Part shown: positions 1-12,709 of the stretch, in pieces
Numbering within the stretch: position 1 is the stretch's first letter
How the letters are laid out: every line of letters starts with the position of its first letter
NCBI GenBank assembly: GCA_951406725.2
Contig: OX597833.1
Location: forward strand, 49,104,001 to 49,168,000
Length of the DNA stretch: 64,000 bases
DNA from: Octopus vulgaris
Lineage: Eukaryota
Direction of reading: 5' to 3'
Made by a program: the position numbers and the translations under genes
Notes under the pieces: generated by a model
What the model was told of the DNA's origin: nothing
Database searches by the model: none
What the model saw: only the letters and a program-made list of their open reading frames with translations

Positions 1-502
1 GATAGAGACAAGTAAATCTGGTATGTGTTCTCTATGGTACAAAGACTAGACAGAATTAATATGAAGGAGAACTTGTCACTCTTCTCACCTTGGAATTTAT
101 GTAGTTGAAAACAAGTTTTTATATTAGTACCAGTAATGCCGCAGAATTTCATTGCATTAAGCATTCTTTGTTGGTCTAACCTCTGCTTCTTCCCCATAGT
201 TGAGTTCTAAAATATTTTCATACAGAAATTTGTACATGCTTGCTTACATAAATGCCTACTCACATACATGCATTGATGTGTCTAAAACATATACGAAATA
301 TATTTAATTTTGCTGTAATGTTGGGGGTTATAGAATAGGCAGAGTCGTATGAGTGATGTTACTGCTTAACTTGATTGATGTTACTGCTTGTGGGAAAAAT
401 TTAGCCTGTGTGTAAATTCATGAGAAAGCCTCTAATGTAGTCACACTAGCCATCAAAGTATCTATGAAACATATTCATTCAGCCTGCTAAAAAGAAATCT
501 CC

Positions 503-715
503 CTCTTTTACTTGTTTCAGTCATTTGACTGTGGCCATGCTGGAGCACCGCCTTTAGTCGAGCAAATCGACCCCAGGACTTATTCTTTGTAAGCCTAGTA
601 CTTATTCTATAGGTTTCTTTTACTGAACCGCTAAGTTGCGGGGACGTAAACACACCAGCATCGGTTGTGAAGCGATGTTGGAGGGACAAACACAGACACA
701 CAAACATATATACAC

Positions 716-764
<49 letters not shown>

Positions 765-938
765 CATATATACGATGGCTTCTTTCAGTTTCTGTCTACC
801 AAATCCACTCACAAGGATTTGGTTGGCCCGAGGCTATAGTAGAATACACATGGCCAAGGTTTCACGCAGTAGGACTGAACCTGGAACCATGTGTGTGGTT
901 CGTAAGCAAGTTACTTACCACACAGCCACTCCTACACC
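503..938 (-). mobile_element. SINE family A (tRNA-like head, CCTTGGGCAAGT CORE-like motif in most copies, internal TA/TG microsatellite, CAGTC-AAAT-GACTG stem-loop, GTAAAAGA tail)
   Basis: About 400-bp element with more than 20 near-identical or partial copies in the window on both strands. Confidence 0.85.
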
Positions 939-958
939 TCAAATCACTTTTACCTTCT

Positions 959-1418
959 TAAACCTTTAGCATTTAAACTGGCCATATCTGGCCAAAATAT
1001 TGTACCTGTTGAATAATATAGATATTGCCTCAATTACTGAATTACAGAAAACATTTCCTATACAGTGATGATCATAAACAATAAATATTGTGGACATGAA
1101 TCATATTAATATATCGAATTATGCCGTCAGGCGTTACACCAGGAAGGATTCTTGTTGACATTGGAGATCCGATGATGCTTTGATAGGGATAAGTAAATCT
1201 AGTATGTGTTCTCTATGGTACAAAAACTAAACAGAATTAATTAATTTATGTTAAAACCAGCCAGGTCTGACCTCTCACTCTTACTCTGCAATGTCATTCT
1301 AAAAATAAACAATTACATCATCAGTTTTCAAAGCTGTGAGGTAATGCAGATGGAATCAAAACAATGTGAATAAATAAGCATTACATTTGACAGAGAAATC
1401 TGAAAACTAGAAGGTTAA
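959..1418. mobile_element. piggyBac-type MITE (TTAA..CCTTTAGCATT termini), interrupted by an insert at about 1011-1243
   Basis: TTAA-flanked decayed TIRs. Related copies at about 16420-16620, 26303-26520, 47673-48362 and 63105-63174. Confidence 0.55.
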
Positions 1419-1548
1419 AAAAGGAAGGACACTATATTTGTATAAAAGGTGGATTGATACGGTTGAGGTGTCAATGTTTCTAAGTTCATTGAATCAGGGC
1501 TGACATACGTCAGTGTGAACTGTGTGGTGCGTCATTTCTGGAGAAGAA

Positions 1549-1810
1549 TCATCATCATCGTTTAATGTCCGTTTTCCATGCTAGCATGGGTTGGACGGTT
1601 CGACCGGGGTCTGGGAAGCCAGGAGGCTGCGCCAGGCTCCAGTCTGATCTGGCAGTGTTTCTACAGCTGGATGCCCTTCCTAACGCCAACCACTCCGTGA
1701 GTGTAGTGGGTGCGTTTTACGTGCCACTGGCACAGGTGTGCCAGGGGAGTCTGGCAGTGGCCACGATTGGTTGGTGCTTTTTACGTGCCACCGGCACAGA
1801 AGCCAGTCAA
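1549..1810 (-). mobile_element. Family B retroposon 3' part ((TGA)n tail, GGAAGGGCATCCAGC motif, internal GTGGCACGTAAAAAGCACC repeats)
   Basis: More than 15 copies, mostly 5'-truncated, e.g. 9228-9620, 18978-19243, 30330-30645, 30990-31446, 38665-38872, 45820-46010, 50481-50650, 63891-64000. Confidence 0.8.
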
Positions 1811-2308
1811 GTGGGGGAAATGTTTAGAGTGGGTTTTAGTGGGTGAGACACAATAAAGATGATGAGAGGAAGAGAGAGATGATATTGTGTAAGCCTTATA
1901 ATAGTTCTCAGCTGATTTATTGTCAGGAGCCTGGACTATATTATTAAAATTTTCTGACGGATCCAAACATTGCTTAGCTTTTATTTAATTTATTGTTTGT
2001 TTTCGCATGAGAGTAGTGGCAAATTGACAGAGTTGGAACATCAGAGTGCCTTCTGGTATTTGTTCCAGTTCTCTGCACACTGAGTTCAAATTCTACCAAG
2101 GCCAGCATTGCCTTTCATCTCTTTACAGTTGATAAAGCGCCAGCCATATACTGGATCCCAATTCCTCCTGTCTGTCTGTCTGGGTCAGCTATGTGCAGGG
2201 ACCAGGAAAAGAGCAGTCACATCACAACTTCTCCAATCTTTTCACCACTACTCCATGGAAATGACAAAACAGAATAACAGTAGTGAATGTTGTGGATCTT
2301 ACCAATGG

Positions 2309-3008
2309 GCTAGTACCACATAAAAAGCACCCGTGCTAGTACCACATAAAAAGCACCCGTGCTAGTACCACATAAAAAGTACCCATGCCAGTACCACATA
2401 AAAAGCACCTGTGCTAGTACCACATAAAAAGCACCTGTGCTAGTACCACATAAAAAGCACCCGTGCTAGTACCACATAAAAAGTACCCGTGCTAGTACCA
2501 CATAAAAAGCACCCGTGCTAGTACCACATAAAAAGTACCCATGCCAGTACCACATAAAAAGCACCTATGCTAGTACCACATAAAAAGCACCCATGCTAGT
2601 ACCACATAAAAAGCACCCGTGCTAGTACCACATAAAAAGCACTTGTGCTAGTACCACATAAAAAGCACCCGTGCTAGTACCACATAAAAAGCACCCGTGC
2701 TAGTACCACATAAAAAGCACCCGTGCTAGTACCACATAAAAAGCACCCGTGCTAGTACCACATAAAAAGCACCCGTGCTAGTACCACATAAAAAGCACAT
2801 GTGCTGGTCCCACATAAAAAGTACCTGTGTTGGTCTCGTGTAAAAAGCACCCAAGCCGGTGCCATGTAAAAACTGCCCATGCTGGTGCCATATAAAAATT
2901 ACCCATGTTGGTGCCATGTAAAATGCACCTGTGCTGATAACATGTTAAAAACAATCATGCCAGTACCTCATAAAAAGCACCCATGCTAGTACCACATAAA
3001 AAGCACCC
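2309..3008 (+). repeat. 26-bp minisatellite (GCTAGTACCACATAAAAAGCACCCGT), about 27 units
   Basis: Head-to-tail units with no unique spacers. Homogeneous to about 2800, then degenerate, running into a family B 3' end (to about 3176). Confidence 0.95.
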
Positions 3009-3299
3009 AGTATATTCTGTAAAGTGGTTGGCATTAGTAAGAACATCTAGCTATTGAAATCATGCTGAAACAGACAGTTGGAGTCTGGTGCAGGTCTCTG
3101 GTTTGCCAGTTCCTGTTAAACTGTCCAGCCCATGCTAGCACGGAAAATGGACATTAATGATGATGATGGTGATGATCCCCTCTAGCTTTTAAAATGAAGA
3201 ATTTCATGGCTGCTTATTTGGGGTTTTTAAGAGAAATATTTAATGCTTAGAAATATTAAATTTCTAAATATCTCAGAGATATATAAGCAGTGGTGGTAC

Positions 3300-3757
3300 A
3301 ATAGAGCAGTTGTAAACTGTCAACTTAACGTGACAATCCCATGAAGGGAATCACATCATCGCTATTTAGTCCTAGGAAGGATCAACGCTTCCTGTCAGCC
3401 TTGACACATTTCCTGTGTCCTTATGTTCACAAGGGGGAGACAAGCACTTCCACCCAGCTAAGCCTGCATCCAGAGTCTAGTTTGTGAGTCTTGCTCATCA
3501 TCAGTCTGGAGTAGCATGGCTTGATAGCTGCAGATGCCTGTCTAGACCTTGTAAACATATATATGTTAATTCCAGTGAAATTAATCCACTGATCACAAAA
3601 AACTTAGTCTCTGGATGCAGGCTTAGCTGGATGGGGGTGCTTGTCTCTCCCTTGTAAACATAAGGACACAAGAAATGTGTGAAGGCCGACAGGAAGCGTT
3701 GATGCTTCCTAGGGCTAAATAGCAGTGGTGTGATTCCCTTTATACAACTGCTCTATT
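3300..3757. mobile_element. Fold-back element with about 150-180-bp inverted arms and a decayed hammerhead-like motif (Penelope-like terminus)
   Basis: 3300-3483 is the reverse complement of 3600-3757 apart from one indel. Minus strand 3510-3469 reads TCCAGA-CTGATGA-TGAG-caaga-CTCA-cAAAC-TA-GaC-TCTGGA. Confidence 0.65.
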
Positions 3758-4526
3758 TAATGCTTGTTCTTCTTTTGAACAAAATTTAAAATCCTGGAAA
3801 AAAAAGTTACTTGTTGATGCACATAAAAAACATTCTTTGTGATATATGCTCAAAGTTTTCAGTTCTGCTTCATGATTTAATCTTTCGGAATAAATTCCTG
3901 TAAGTCAGTATATGCATCAGGCATCGATTGAATATCCTATTCACTCGCTGTGGCCTTCTGAACTTTCTACTAACACTGCTTGCATAGAAAATTGCATTGA
4001 AATCAATCTGCGAGTTTGTAATACATATTAATTAGAAAGGAAAAAAAAAAATAAATAGATAAATAAATGACAAACAAACAAACAAAAATATGAAGGCAAA
4101 ACAAAACAAAAACAAACTGCTGCAGATGGATTGAAACAGAACCAATATAATAAGCAGTCTAGTGAGATTGTATCAGTATTTCAATGAGGAAATTTTCACT
4201 TTTTATTCTGTACAATTGCAACAAGCAGCATGCTTTATTTGTGATTACATTTATAAGACAAAATTCAACCAATTAAAATACTGTTAGAATTTTTTTTTTT
4301 TTTTTTTAGTATTTTACATGCATTTTCCTCAGCTAGTGTAGGTGGAAGGAATTTTTTTTTTTTTTTTTGTTAAATCAAAAAAACTATCTGTGCTTTGTGT
4401 CACAACCGCCCCCTCATCCTTCTCTCATTACACAGATGCTTGCTTAAGTCTATGATACAGTGTGGAACCTATTTCATGACAGTCAGACAACTCTGCTTCT
4501 CAGCTTCAGTCCACATTTATATTTAA

Positions 4527-4930
4527 CTAGCAGCATAGCCCAGCGTTGCCTGGGTATGTAAGAGCCCCTAGTAGGCAACGACTAATCCCAATCTAGTTCT
4601 TTCCCTCTAGGGAACGAAGGCACATGTGTAGGCTGCAATGTCTTCTCTTCACTCGAATACTTCTATGTATACGATGTTCCTAGCTGTCTCCCGACAGAAA
4701 ATGTGTTGCATATAAAAAGCTTAGATTCTCGACCCCATGTCGAATTTATCGATTTTTTTTTCAAAACTGGGGGAACTTTCCAAAATTTTCACTGCATTAG
4801 TTTTGAATTATGACATTGGGCTATGTGTGTGTCAAGTTTCATCAGAATCAGTTGAAAGCCGTGGTCAGGGTGAGGGTACAACCTGACAGCCACACAGACA
4901 CACAGACAGAAAAACTGCCATATAGAGAGA
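4527..4930 (+). mobile_element. Helentron/DINE-like non-autonomous element
   Basis: 5' ACTAGC..CCCAGCGTTGCCTGGG hairpin, 3' ACAG/ACAC repeats and a TATAGAGAGA end. Similar architecture at 18384-18778 and 57974-58340, and a similar 5' end at 54269. Confidence 0.55.
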
Positions 4931-5701
4931 TTATAATTATCCAGCTGTGCTAGAATCCTGTCAATATAGCTTCTTTCTACATAACCTCTTTTCATTTCTA
5001 TGACAAAGTTGTTAGATTTATGAACTGTGACATTGTAAAGTTAATTGTTAGTCTTAATGATGACATGTGACCTAGTATTAGGGTCACATGTCAACAATTA
5101 CAAGGTTTTGGGTTTGGCTCCTGGACCAAGCAGCATTCTCTTTCTCTTTTCTCTTTTACTCGTTTCAGTCATTTGACTGTGGCCATGCTGGAGCACCGCC
5201 CTTTTAGTACTTATTCTGTCTCCTTTGCCGAACTGTCAAGCAATGTTGGGGGACAAACACAGACACACAAATACAGACATACACACATACATATATATAT
5301 ATATATATACATATATACGATGGGCTTCTTTCAGTTTCCGTCTACCAAATCCACTCACAAGGCTTTGGTGGGCCCAGCGCTATAGTAGAAGACACTTGCC
5401 CAAGGTGCCACACTGTGGGACTGAACCCGGAACCATGTGGTTTGTAAGCAAGCTACTTACCACACAGCCACTCCTATGCCTAGCTACTTACCACACAGCC
5501 ACTCCTATGGCATGTTGTGTTTCTGAGCAAGCCTCTTCATTTCCCATTGCTCCAATCTACTCAAATGAAACAAGCAAACAAGCACCAGCTGAGTGTTGAC
5601 TGCAGTCCTCTCTCCTTCCAGCTGCCACATTCTTGTTCTGTTGGGCCAAAGATAGGAACCTGAGAGGGTGTCTATGTCTGCTTATGACTACACAGGCACT
5701 T

Positions 5702-6088
5702 GGAGGCGCAATGGCCCAGTGGTTAGGGCAGCGGACTCGCGATCATAGGATCGCGGTTTCGATTCCCAGACTGGGCGTTGTGAGTGTTTATTGAGCGAAA
5801 ACACCTAAAAGCTCCACGAGGCTCCGGCAGGGGATGGTGGTGATCCCTGCTGTACTCTTTCACCACAACTTTCTCTCACTCTTACTTCCTGTTTCTGTTG
5901 TACCTGTATTTCAAAGGGCCGGCCTTGTCACTCTCTGTGTCACGCTGAATATCCCTGAGAACTATGTTAAGGGTACACGTGTCTGTGGAGTGCTCAGCCA
6001 CTTACACGTTAATTTCAAGAGCAGGCTGTTCCGTTGATTCGGATCAACCGGAACCCTCGTCGTCATAACCGACGGAGTGCTTCCATCC
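5702..6088 (+). mobile_element. tRNA-derived SINE family C, full length, with 12-bp TSD
   Basis: A box TGGCCCAGTGG and B-box-like TTTCGATTC. TSD ACACAGGCACTT at 5690-5701 and 6089-6100. Near-identical copy at 55590-55976. Confidence 0.9.
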
Positions 6089-6374
6089 ACACAGGCACTT
6101 AAAACAAATTAGCAGAAGCCTGGTACATAGTATCAAGTCGTATTCTTATTTCAAGTGACAACTATTGGGTTTAGCTCTACTAATCTTATGGACACTTGAT
6201 TTTTAGCTGTAGATGATATAGGCACAGGCATGGTTGTGTGGTTAAGAAGCTTGCTTCCCAGCCATGTAGGCTTAGGTTCAATCATACTGTTTGGCTCCTT
6301 GGGCAAGTGTCTTCTACTATAGCCGCAGGTTGGTCAAAATCTTGTGAATGGATTTGGTAGATGGTAACTGAAAG

Positions 6375-6487
6375 GAGCCTGTTGGCTATATATATATAGC
6401 CATATATATATGAGCCTGTTGGCTATATATATATAGCCATATATATATGAGCTTGTTAGCTATATATATATAGCCATATATATATAT
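6375..6487. repeat. Three about 37-bp tandem units, each containing the palindrome GGC(TA)nGCC
   Basis: GAGCCTGTTGGCTATATATATATAGCCATATATATAT x3 at the truncated end of a family A copy. Confidence 0.8.
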
Positions 6488-6649
6488 GAATAATCAGCTG
6501 AAATTGTGAGGATAATCTGGTGCTTGACTGAGGAAAGAAAACTTCGAATGACCCGTCCTTGTTTTCTTTGTATCGTCTATCAGGATGTTTTGTTGTCCCT
6601 TTTTGTATCACCTAGCTGTCCAGATGTTTTGTATTAATGTCCCATTTTG

Positions 6650-6709
<60 letters not shown>

Positions 6710-6762
6710 ATTGAGCGGCATACGTACACTTTGGTCTCTTATACATACATACACACACACAT

Positions 6763-6821
<59 letters not shown>

Positions 6822-7474
6822 TCAACAGGCTCCTTTGAGGCTCATAACAGTGGTTTGGGCTGTAAATAATCTACTTGTAGAATTTCAAATGATGGAAATA
6901 TAGAAGCAATTATGCATATAAACAAATTAAATATAACAGCTTTGGTTCGATATACAATATATATATATATATATATATGTATATACATGCAAAATGAGAG
7001 AAAGCAAAAAAGACTGAAGACTTTCAGATGATAAGTATTTAAGTATGAATATATAGATATTTATATTAATTGATAAAACTTACACAGAGTACAAATGACA
7101 GAAAATTAAAGTGGAAGAAGTAACAAAACAGAATGATTACTGCATCAAATTGTGTCCCTTTACATCAGAGAGTAACTTGGCCATTCAAGAAACGGTTTGA
7201 TTAAATAAGCACAAGCACTGATATGATTAACTACTAATCCTTGAAGGCCATTTCCCCAATGACAAAAACGAGTTTAAGAATAAAATGTAATTCATGTTAT
7301 AAATAATTTATAGTATTGGAATATTCCTTTGTGACTTTATGGTGTTTTCTGGTGCATCTTAATTATTAGATTTTAATTAACATTCACACAACTTAGGTTC
7401 ATCAATAGCTTTTATTGATACTTAACATAAAACATTTATGAATTGTACATATTTACGGTAGTTATTTCTTGTTG

Positions 7475-8068
7475 TAAGGTGGCGAGCTGGCAGAAACGTT
7501 AGCATGCTGGGCGAAATGCTTTGTGGTATTTCGTCTGCCCCTACGTTCTGAGTTCAAATTCCACCAAGGTCGGCTTTGCCTTTCATCCTTTCGGGGTCGA
7601 TAAATTAAGTACCAGTTATGCACTGGGGTCAATTGAATCGACTTAATCCATTTGTCTGTCCTTGTTTGTCCTCTCTGTGGGTAGTAAAGAAATCAGTATT
7701 TCGTTTGTCCCTACGTTCTGAGTTCAAATTCCACCAAGGTCGACTTTGCCTTTCATCCTTTCGGGGTCGATAAATTAAGTACCAGTTGCACACTGGGGTC
7801 GATGTAATCGACTTAATCTGTTTGTCCGTCCTTGTTTGTCCTTTCTGTGTTTAGCCCCTTGTGGGTAGTAAAGAAATCGGTATTTCGTCTGCCCTTACGT
7901 TTTGAGTTCAAATTCTGCCAAGGTCGACTTTGCCTTTCATCCTTTCGGGGGTCGATAAATTAAGTACCAGTTACGCACTGGGGTCGATGTAATCGACTTA
8001 ATCCATTTGTTTGTCCTTGTTTGTCCTCTCTGTGTTTAGCCCCTTGTGGGTAGTAAAGAAATAGGTAC
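7475..8068 (+). mobile_element. SINE family E with tandemly triplicated about 180-bp body, flanked by a TSD
   Basis: Head GGCGAGCTGGCAGAAACGTTAG; units start at about 7526, 7696 and 7879. TSD TTATTTCTTGTTG at 7462-7474 and 8069-8081. Confidence 0.85.
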
Positions 8069-11000
8069 TTATTTCTTGTTGCAAACTTCAATCTGGGACA
8101 GGATACTTTGCTAAGTTGGACATTGGTAGAATAGCTAGTACTAAGCACCGATCAATTTGTCTGAAGCAAGTGAGAGAGAGATACTTGTAGAGATAGCAGA
8201 ACTTTTAAATATGCTTTGACCATTGATTTTTCTTTTGGAAGTAACATTCACAATAGAATTTTCTTTCTCGTTTTTACATCTCATCAGTTTTAATTAATTC
8301 ATTAAAATTTCCTGTTTGGTTGCATCTCCGTTGCTAAAACTGAGTTGAGATTTCAACCTTGATTTATGTATATCTGCCCTGTTATGTCACTTAGAAATTT
8401 TTTGGTAAGGAATCTATAACAGTAGCTTTTTTGTGTACCTACTGCTATATCACTTCTTGGATTTTTCTGTTTTGTTTTTTGTATATAATTAATTATAAGA
8501 ACTTTTTATGTATCTTTTTATATCACTATTAGAATTTTTTTATGGAATCAATTAGAATAGTTTTAATTTTTTTTTTAATTAAGTGTAATTAGAAACAGCA
8601 ATTTGTACTGTTTCTATAGCATTCCTGTAGACAGAAAATACTTATTGTTTTTAAAACCACTTTATCGATGTTGTTTTTCTTTATTGACTATTTCTGAGTA
8701 GTTTGGTGCAGTGATGTCAAAATTGTGAGAAATACCAAATTTCATTGGTTATAATTTAATGTATCTATCTTTCTAAATACCCAACACCCATCCATCTATC
8801 CATCCACCTATCCAACAATATACCCATCTAACCCACCTACATGCCCATGATAAAGAGATGAGTATAGAAAATTTTGATGCATGTTGATGAGGTGTTTGTT
8901 TGCTGATAGCGTACAAGACTGAGTTATTTGCTGCTGGGATCAGTGTCTATCTGAATGAGAAATTAAATATAAAGTGTGAAAATCGTATATGTCGCATAAA
9001 GAAAATATGGTATGTTATAGTTGCAGGTTTGGATGTATGGTTAAGAAGTTTGTTTCCCAATCACATGGTTTTGAGTTCAGTCCTTCTGCATGGCCTGGCT
9101 CTGGGTTGACCAAAGTTTTGTGAGTAGATTTGGTAGTCAGAAACTGAAAGAAGCTTGTGTGTGTGTGTGTGTGTGTGTGTATCTGAGTATGTGTATATTT
9201 GTGTCTCCTTGTTTTGACATTGTCTATCATCATCATCGTTTAATGTCCGCTTTCCATGCTGGCATGGGTTGGACGATTTGACTGAGGGCTGGCGAACCAG
9301 ATGGCTGCACCAAGCTCCAATCTTAATCTGGCAGAGTTTCTGCAGCTGGATGCCCTTCCTAACGCCAACCACTCCGAGAGTGTAGTGGGTGCTTTTACCT
9401 GCCACCGGCATGGGTGCCAGTCAGGCGGTACTGGCAACGGCCTCAATCGAATGTTTTTACACGTGCCAGTAAGGCGATGCTGGTAATGATCACACTCGAA
9501 TGGGGCCTTTTATGTGCCACCGGCACGGAAGCCAGTTTGCCGTTCTGGTAATGATCACGCTCGGATGGTGCTCTTAGCACCCTACTAGCACGGGGCACAA
9601 GTGCCAGTATGGCGATGCTGGTAGTAATTGAGTGTCACTGTCATACAAGCAGTGTCAGTCATTTCGTGTATCCTGTGGAAACATATCTGACTATGGGAAA
9701 ACATTATCCTGCTTGGAAACAGGTGAGGGTTGACCACAGGAAGGGCACTCAGCTATAAAACTCCGTCTGATCCATGCAAGCATGGAAAAGTGGACTTTAA
9801 AATAATGATGATGACGACTATCTAAAATTAACCTTATGGGGCATCATGATGTTTCAGCAACCGTTTATGTCTTCATCATCATCGTCACTGCTTAACGTCC
9901 ATCTTCCATGCTAGCATGGGTTGGACAGTTTCACAAGAGCCAGCCAGGCAGAAGCCTGCATCAGACTTCTGTGACTGTTTTCGTAGGATTCTTACAGCTG
10001 GATGCCCTTCCTAACACCAACTACTCAGCAGAGTGGGCTTAGTGCTTTCTACGTGGCACGAGCACTGGCAAGGTCAGTTTTGGCTAGGTTTTGACTGGCT
10101 GGATGCCCTTCTGAACACCAACCACTTTACAGTGTGGACTGGGTGCTTTTAAGTGACATCTGCACTGACAGGGGTCACCAGAATGCAAAATCTTACTCTG
10201 CTACCATACATAGTAGTATTGGTTGTTATATAAAACAACATGGAATGGACAAAAAGAAGAACATTTATATAACATCAGAAAATAGCTTCTTTCTTTGTGA
10301 GATAACGAAAATCACCTTCAGAATTATAATGTTAGAATGCTTTAAAATATCCAGAAGCCTTCTCTGTCGTAAAAAGGTGTGCATTTCAATTCATCTAAAC
10401 AAATCAGTGAGTGTATATCATCATCATCACCCTCACCATCATCTTCATCTTTTAACCATGTACAATCCATGTGTATCTTCTTATGACAGAGCATACTACT
10501 TAAGTCAGTAGGTGCTTCAACATTTGTTTCTATGAATGGAATAATCAGAAAGAATGATTTTCAAATATACCCTATAGAGAAAATATTGAATATTCATCTT
10601 AAGGTTACTCTTGCTGGATGTCATGGTGTTTCTGTAACTGTTAGTCTCTTCAGCGGCAATTTTGTGCAAAGGCAGAATTTTATTCTGCCACTCTACATAT
10701 ATATATATGTGAAATTAAACAGGGATTGTATCATCCCAAACTACTTTTGTTCAGTCAGCTGAACCTACAAGTCAGTAGGTTGGAGAATAGCAGCCTGAGT
10801 CTAAGTAACGCTGATCATCAGCAGAGGATGGGTATCTGCATTGAAATTCTCAACAAAAATTTAAGAATGTATTGAAAATACAATTTTAAAAAAAAATTTT
10901 TAATTCAAGATTATGTAAGGTTGACAGATGTGGAATTTTTCTGTCAGGCAGAGGTTACAAATCTTTGATCCTAACTATAAGTGGTAGTGGTTGTTGGGGG

Positions 11001-12318
11001 GACATAAGCTTTTAACTGAGAACATTTTGAAAAGAAAGTAAAAGAGTAATTATGGTAGAGTATCTAATCTGACACTTTTGCTTCTGCCTGAATTCTTCCA
11101 GAAAAAAAAATGTAACATGCACATACAAATGCGTGTGTGAGCATGTCTGTAAGCAGTGAAAGAGAACAAATTATACTTGGTAATAATATCATCACACATA
11201 TACATATATGGTTCGGATGTGCTGCTACATACAGAAAGTTTATGTCAATCATTTTAGCCATAGACTTTCTGTTCTTTCCTCTCCGTTATGGATATAATCA
11301 TTGATAGTCACTCACAAAATAGCTCAGTTACTCTAGCATTTATCTCTGACTAGAAATACATTTTATTTCCAACCAGGCTTGTCATTTTGTATTAACTGGT
11401 ATGTCATTTTATTCTGCATTGCCTCTCTTACATTATATTTAGCATTTTACTTTCACTTTCACTATGCTGCATCTTCGATATTGATTCGATTAGCATGGTA
11501 TTTTTCTGATGTATAGTTGATTTATAACATACATTGGTAGATTTCAACTCATTGAATATTTAATCCTCAACAATGATAAATCCAGATTAAATTATTTCAT
11601 ATTAATAATACTGACATTGTCCTTGAAACAAATCTATTGTTTTGCTTGAAATAATTACCAATAGAGAAAAATAATACATCTATATGTTTTAGAAATTGTC
11701 CATGGGAATCTATTCTTGATATTGTCTTTGTCTCTCTTTCTTCTATGTGTGTGTCTGTATGTGTTTGTATATGAATATGGATTAGATAATAGAAACGTGA
11801 GAGTCTACTGTACAGTGTTTTTACATGCATTTTTAATTCTATAGTATTTCATCTAAGAGGTAAGGCTCACCCCAAATTCAATCCAGCTACTTTATCCCAA
11901 ATCTTCACTGAAAGTACTCTTCCTTCGAAACTCCCATAACTAGCATTACAGCAGCCATCTGCATGTATTACATTTGATGACAAGAAACACAAACACACAA
12001 ACACACACACACACACACACACCATCATCATCATCATCATCATTATTGTTCGACAATGGAATTTACCATGCTATGCCAGACTTCACGGTCCATCATAGCA
12101 TTACGGAGGTCCTGTTGCTGGATGCCTGTATTCCTGGAGATTACATCAGGGTAGACACACAAACACACACACAGTTGTGAAGCTAACAGACAAGACAGGT
12201 CAAATGGTCCGGACACATTACTCTGATTTTCTCAGTCTGCTCGCATGTCATACAGGTTCACACTTCACAGCTGTGTTGTTAGGAAGCACATTCATAAAAA
12301 TTACTATAATCAACTATA

Positions 12319-12709
12319 GGCGCAGGAGTGGCTGTGTGGTAAGTAGCTTGCTTACGAACCACATGGTTCCGGGTTCAGTCCCACTGTGTGGCACCTTGGG
12401 CAAGTGTCGTCTACTATAGCCTTCGGCAGACCAAAGGCTTGGGAATGGATTTGGTAGACGGAAACTGAAAGAAGCCCGTCGTATATATGTATATATATAT
12501 GTGTGTGTCTGCGTTTGTCCCCCTAGCATTGCTTGACAACCGATGCTGGTGTGTTTATGTCCCCGTAACTTAGCGGTTCGGCAAAAGAGACCAATAGAGT
12601 AAGTACTGGGCTTACAAAGAATAAGTCCCGGATTCGAGTTGCTCGACTAAAGGCAGTGCTCCAGCATGGCTGCAGTCAACTGACTGAAACAAGTAAAAGA
12701 GTAAAGAGT
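12319..12709 (+). mobile_element. SINE family A, full length
   Basis: GGCGCAGGAGTGGCTGTGTGG head through GTAAAAGAGTAAAGAG tail. Confidence 0.85.

Noticed and set aside
2309-3008. CRISPR-like array
   Set aside because: Units are contiguous with no unique spacers, there are no cas genes, the context is eukaryotic, and the unit derives from a retroposon motif.
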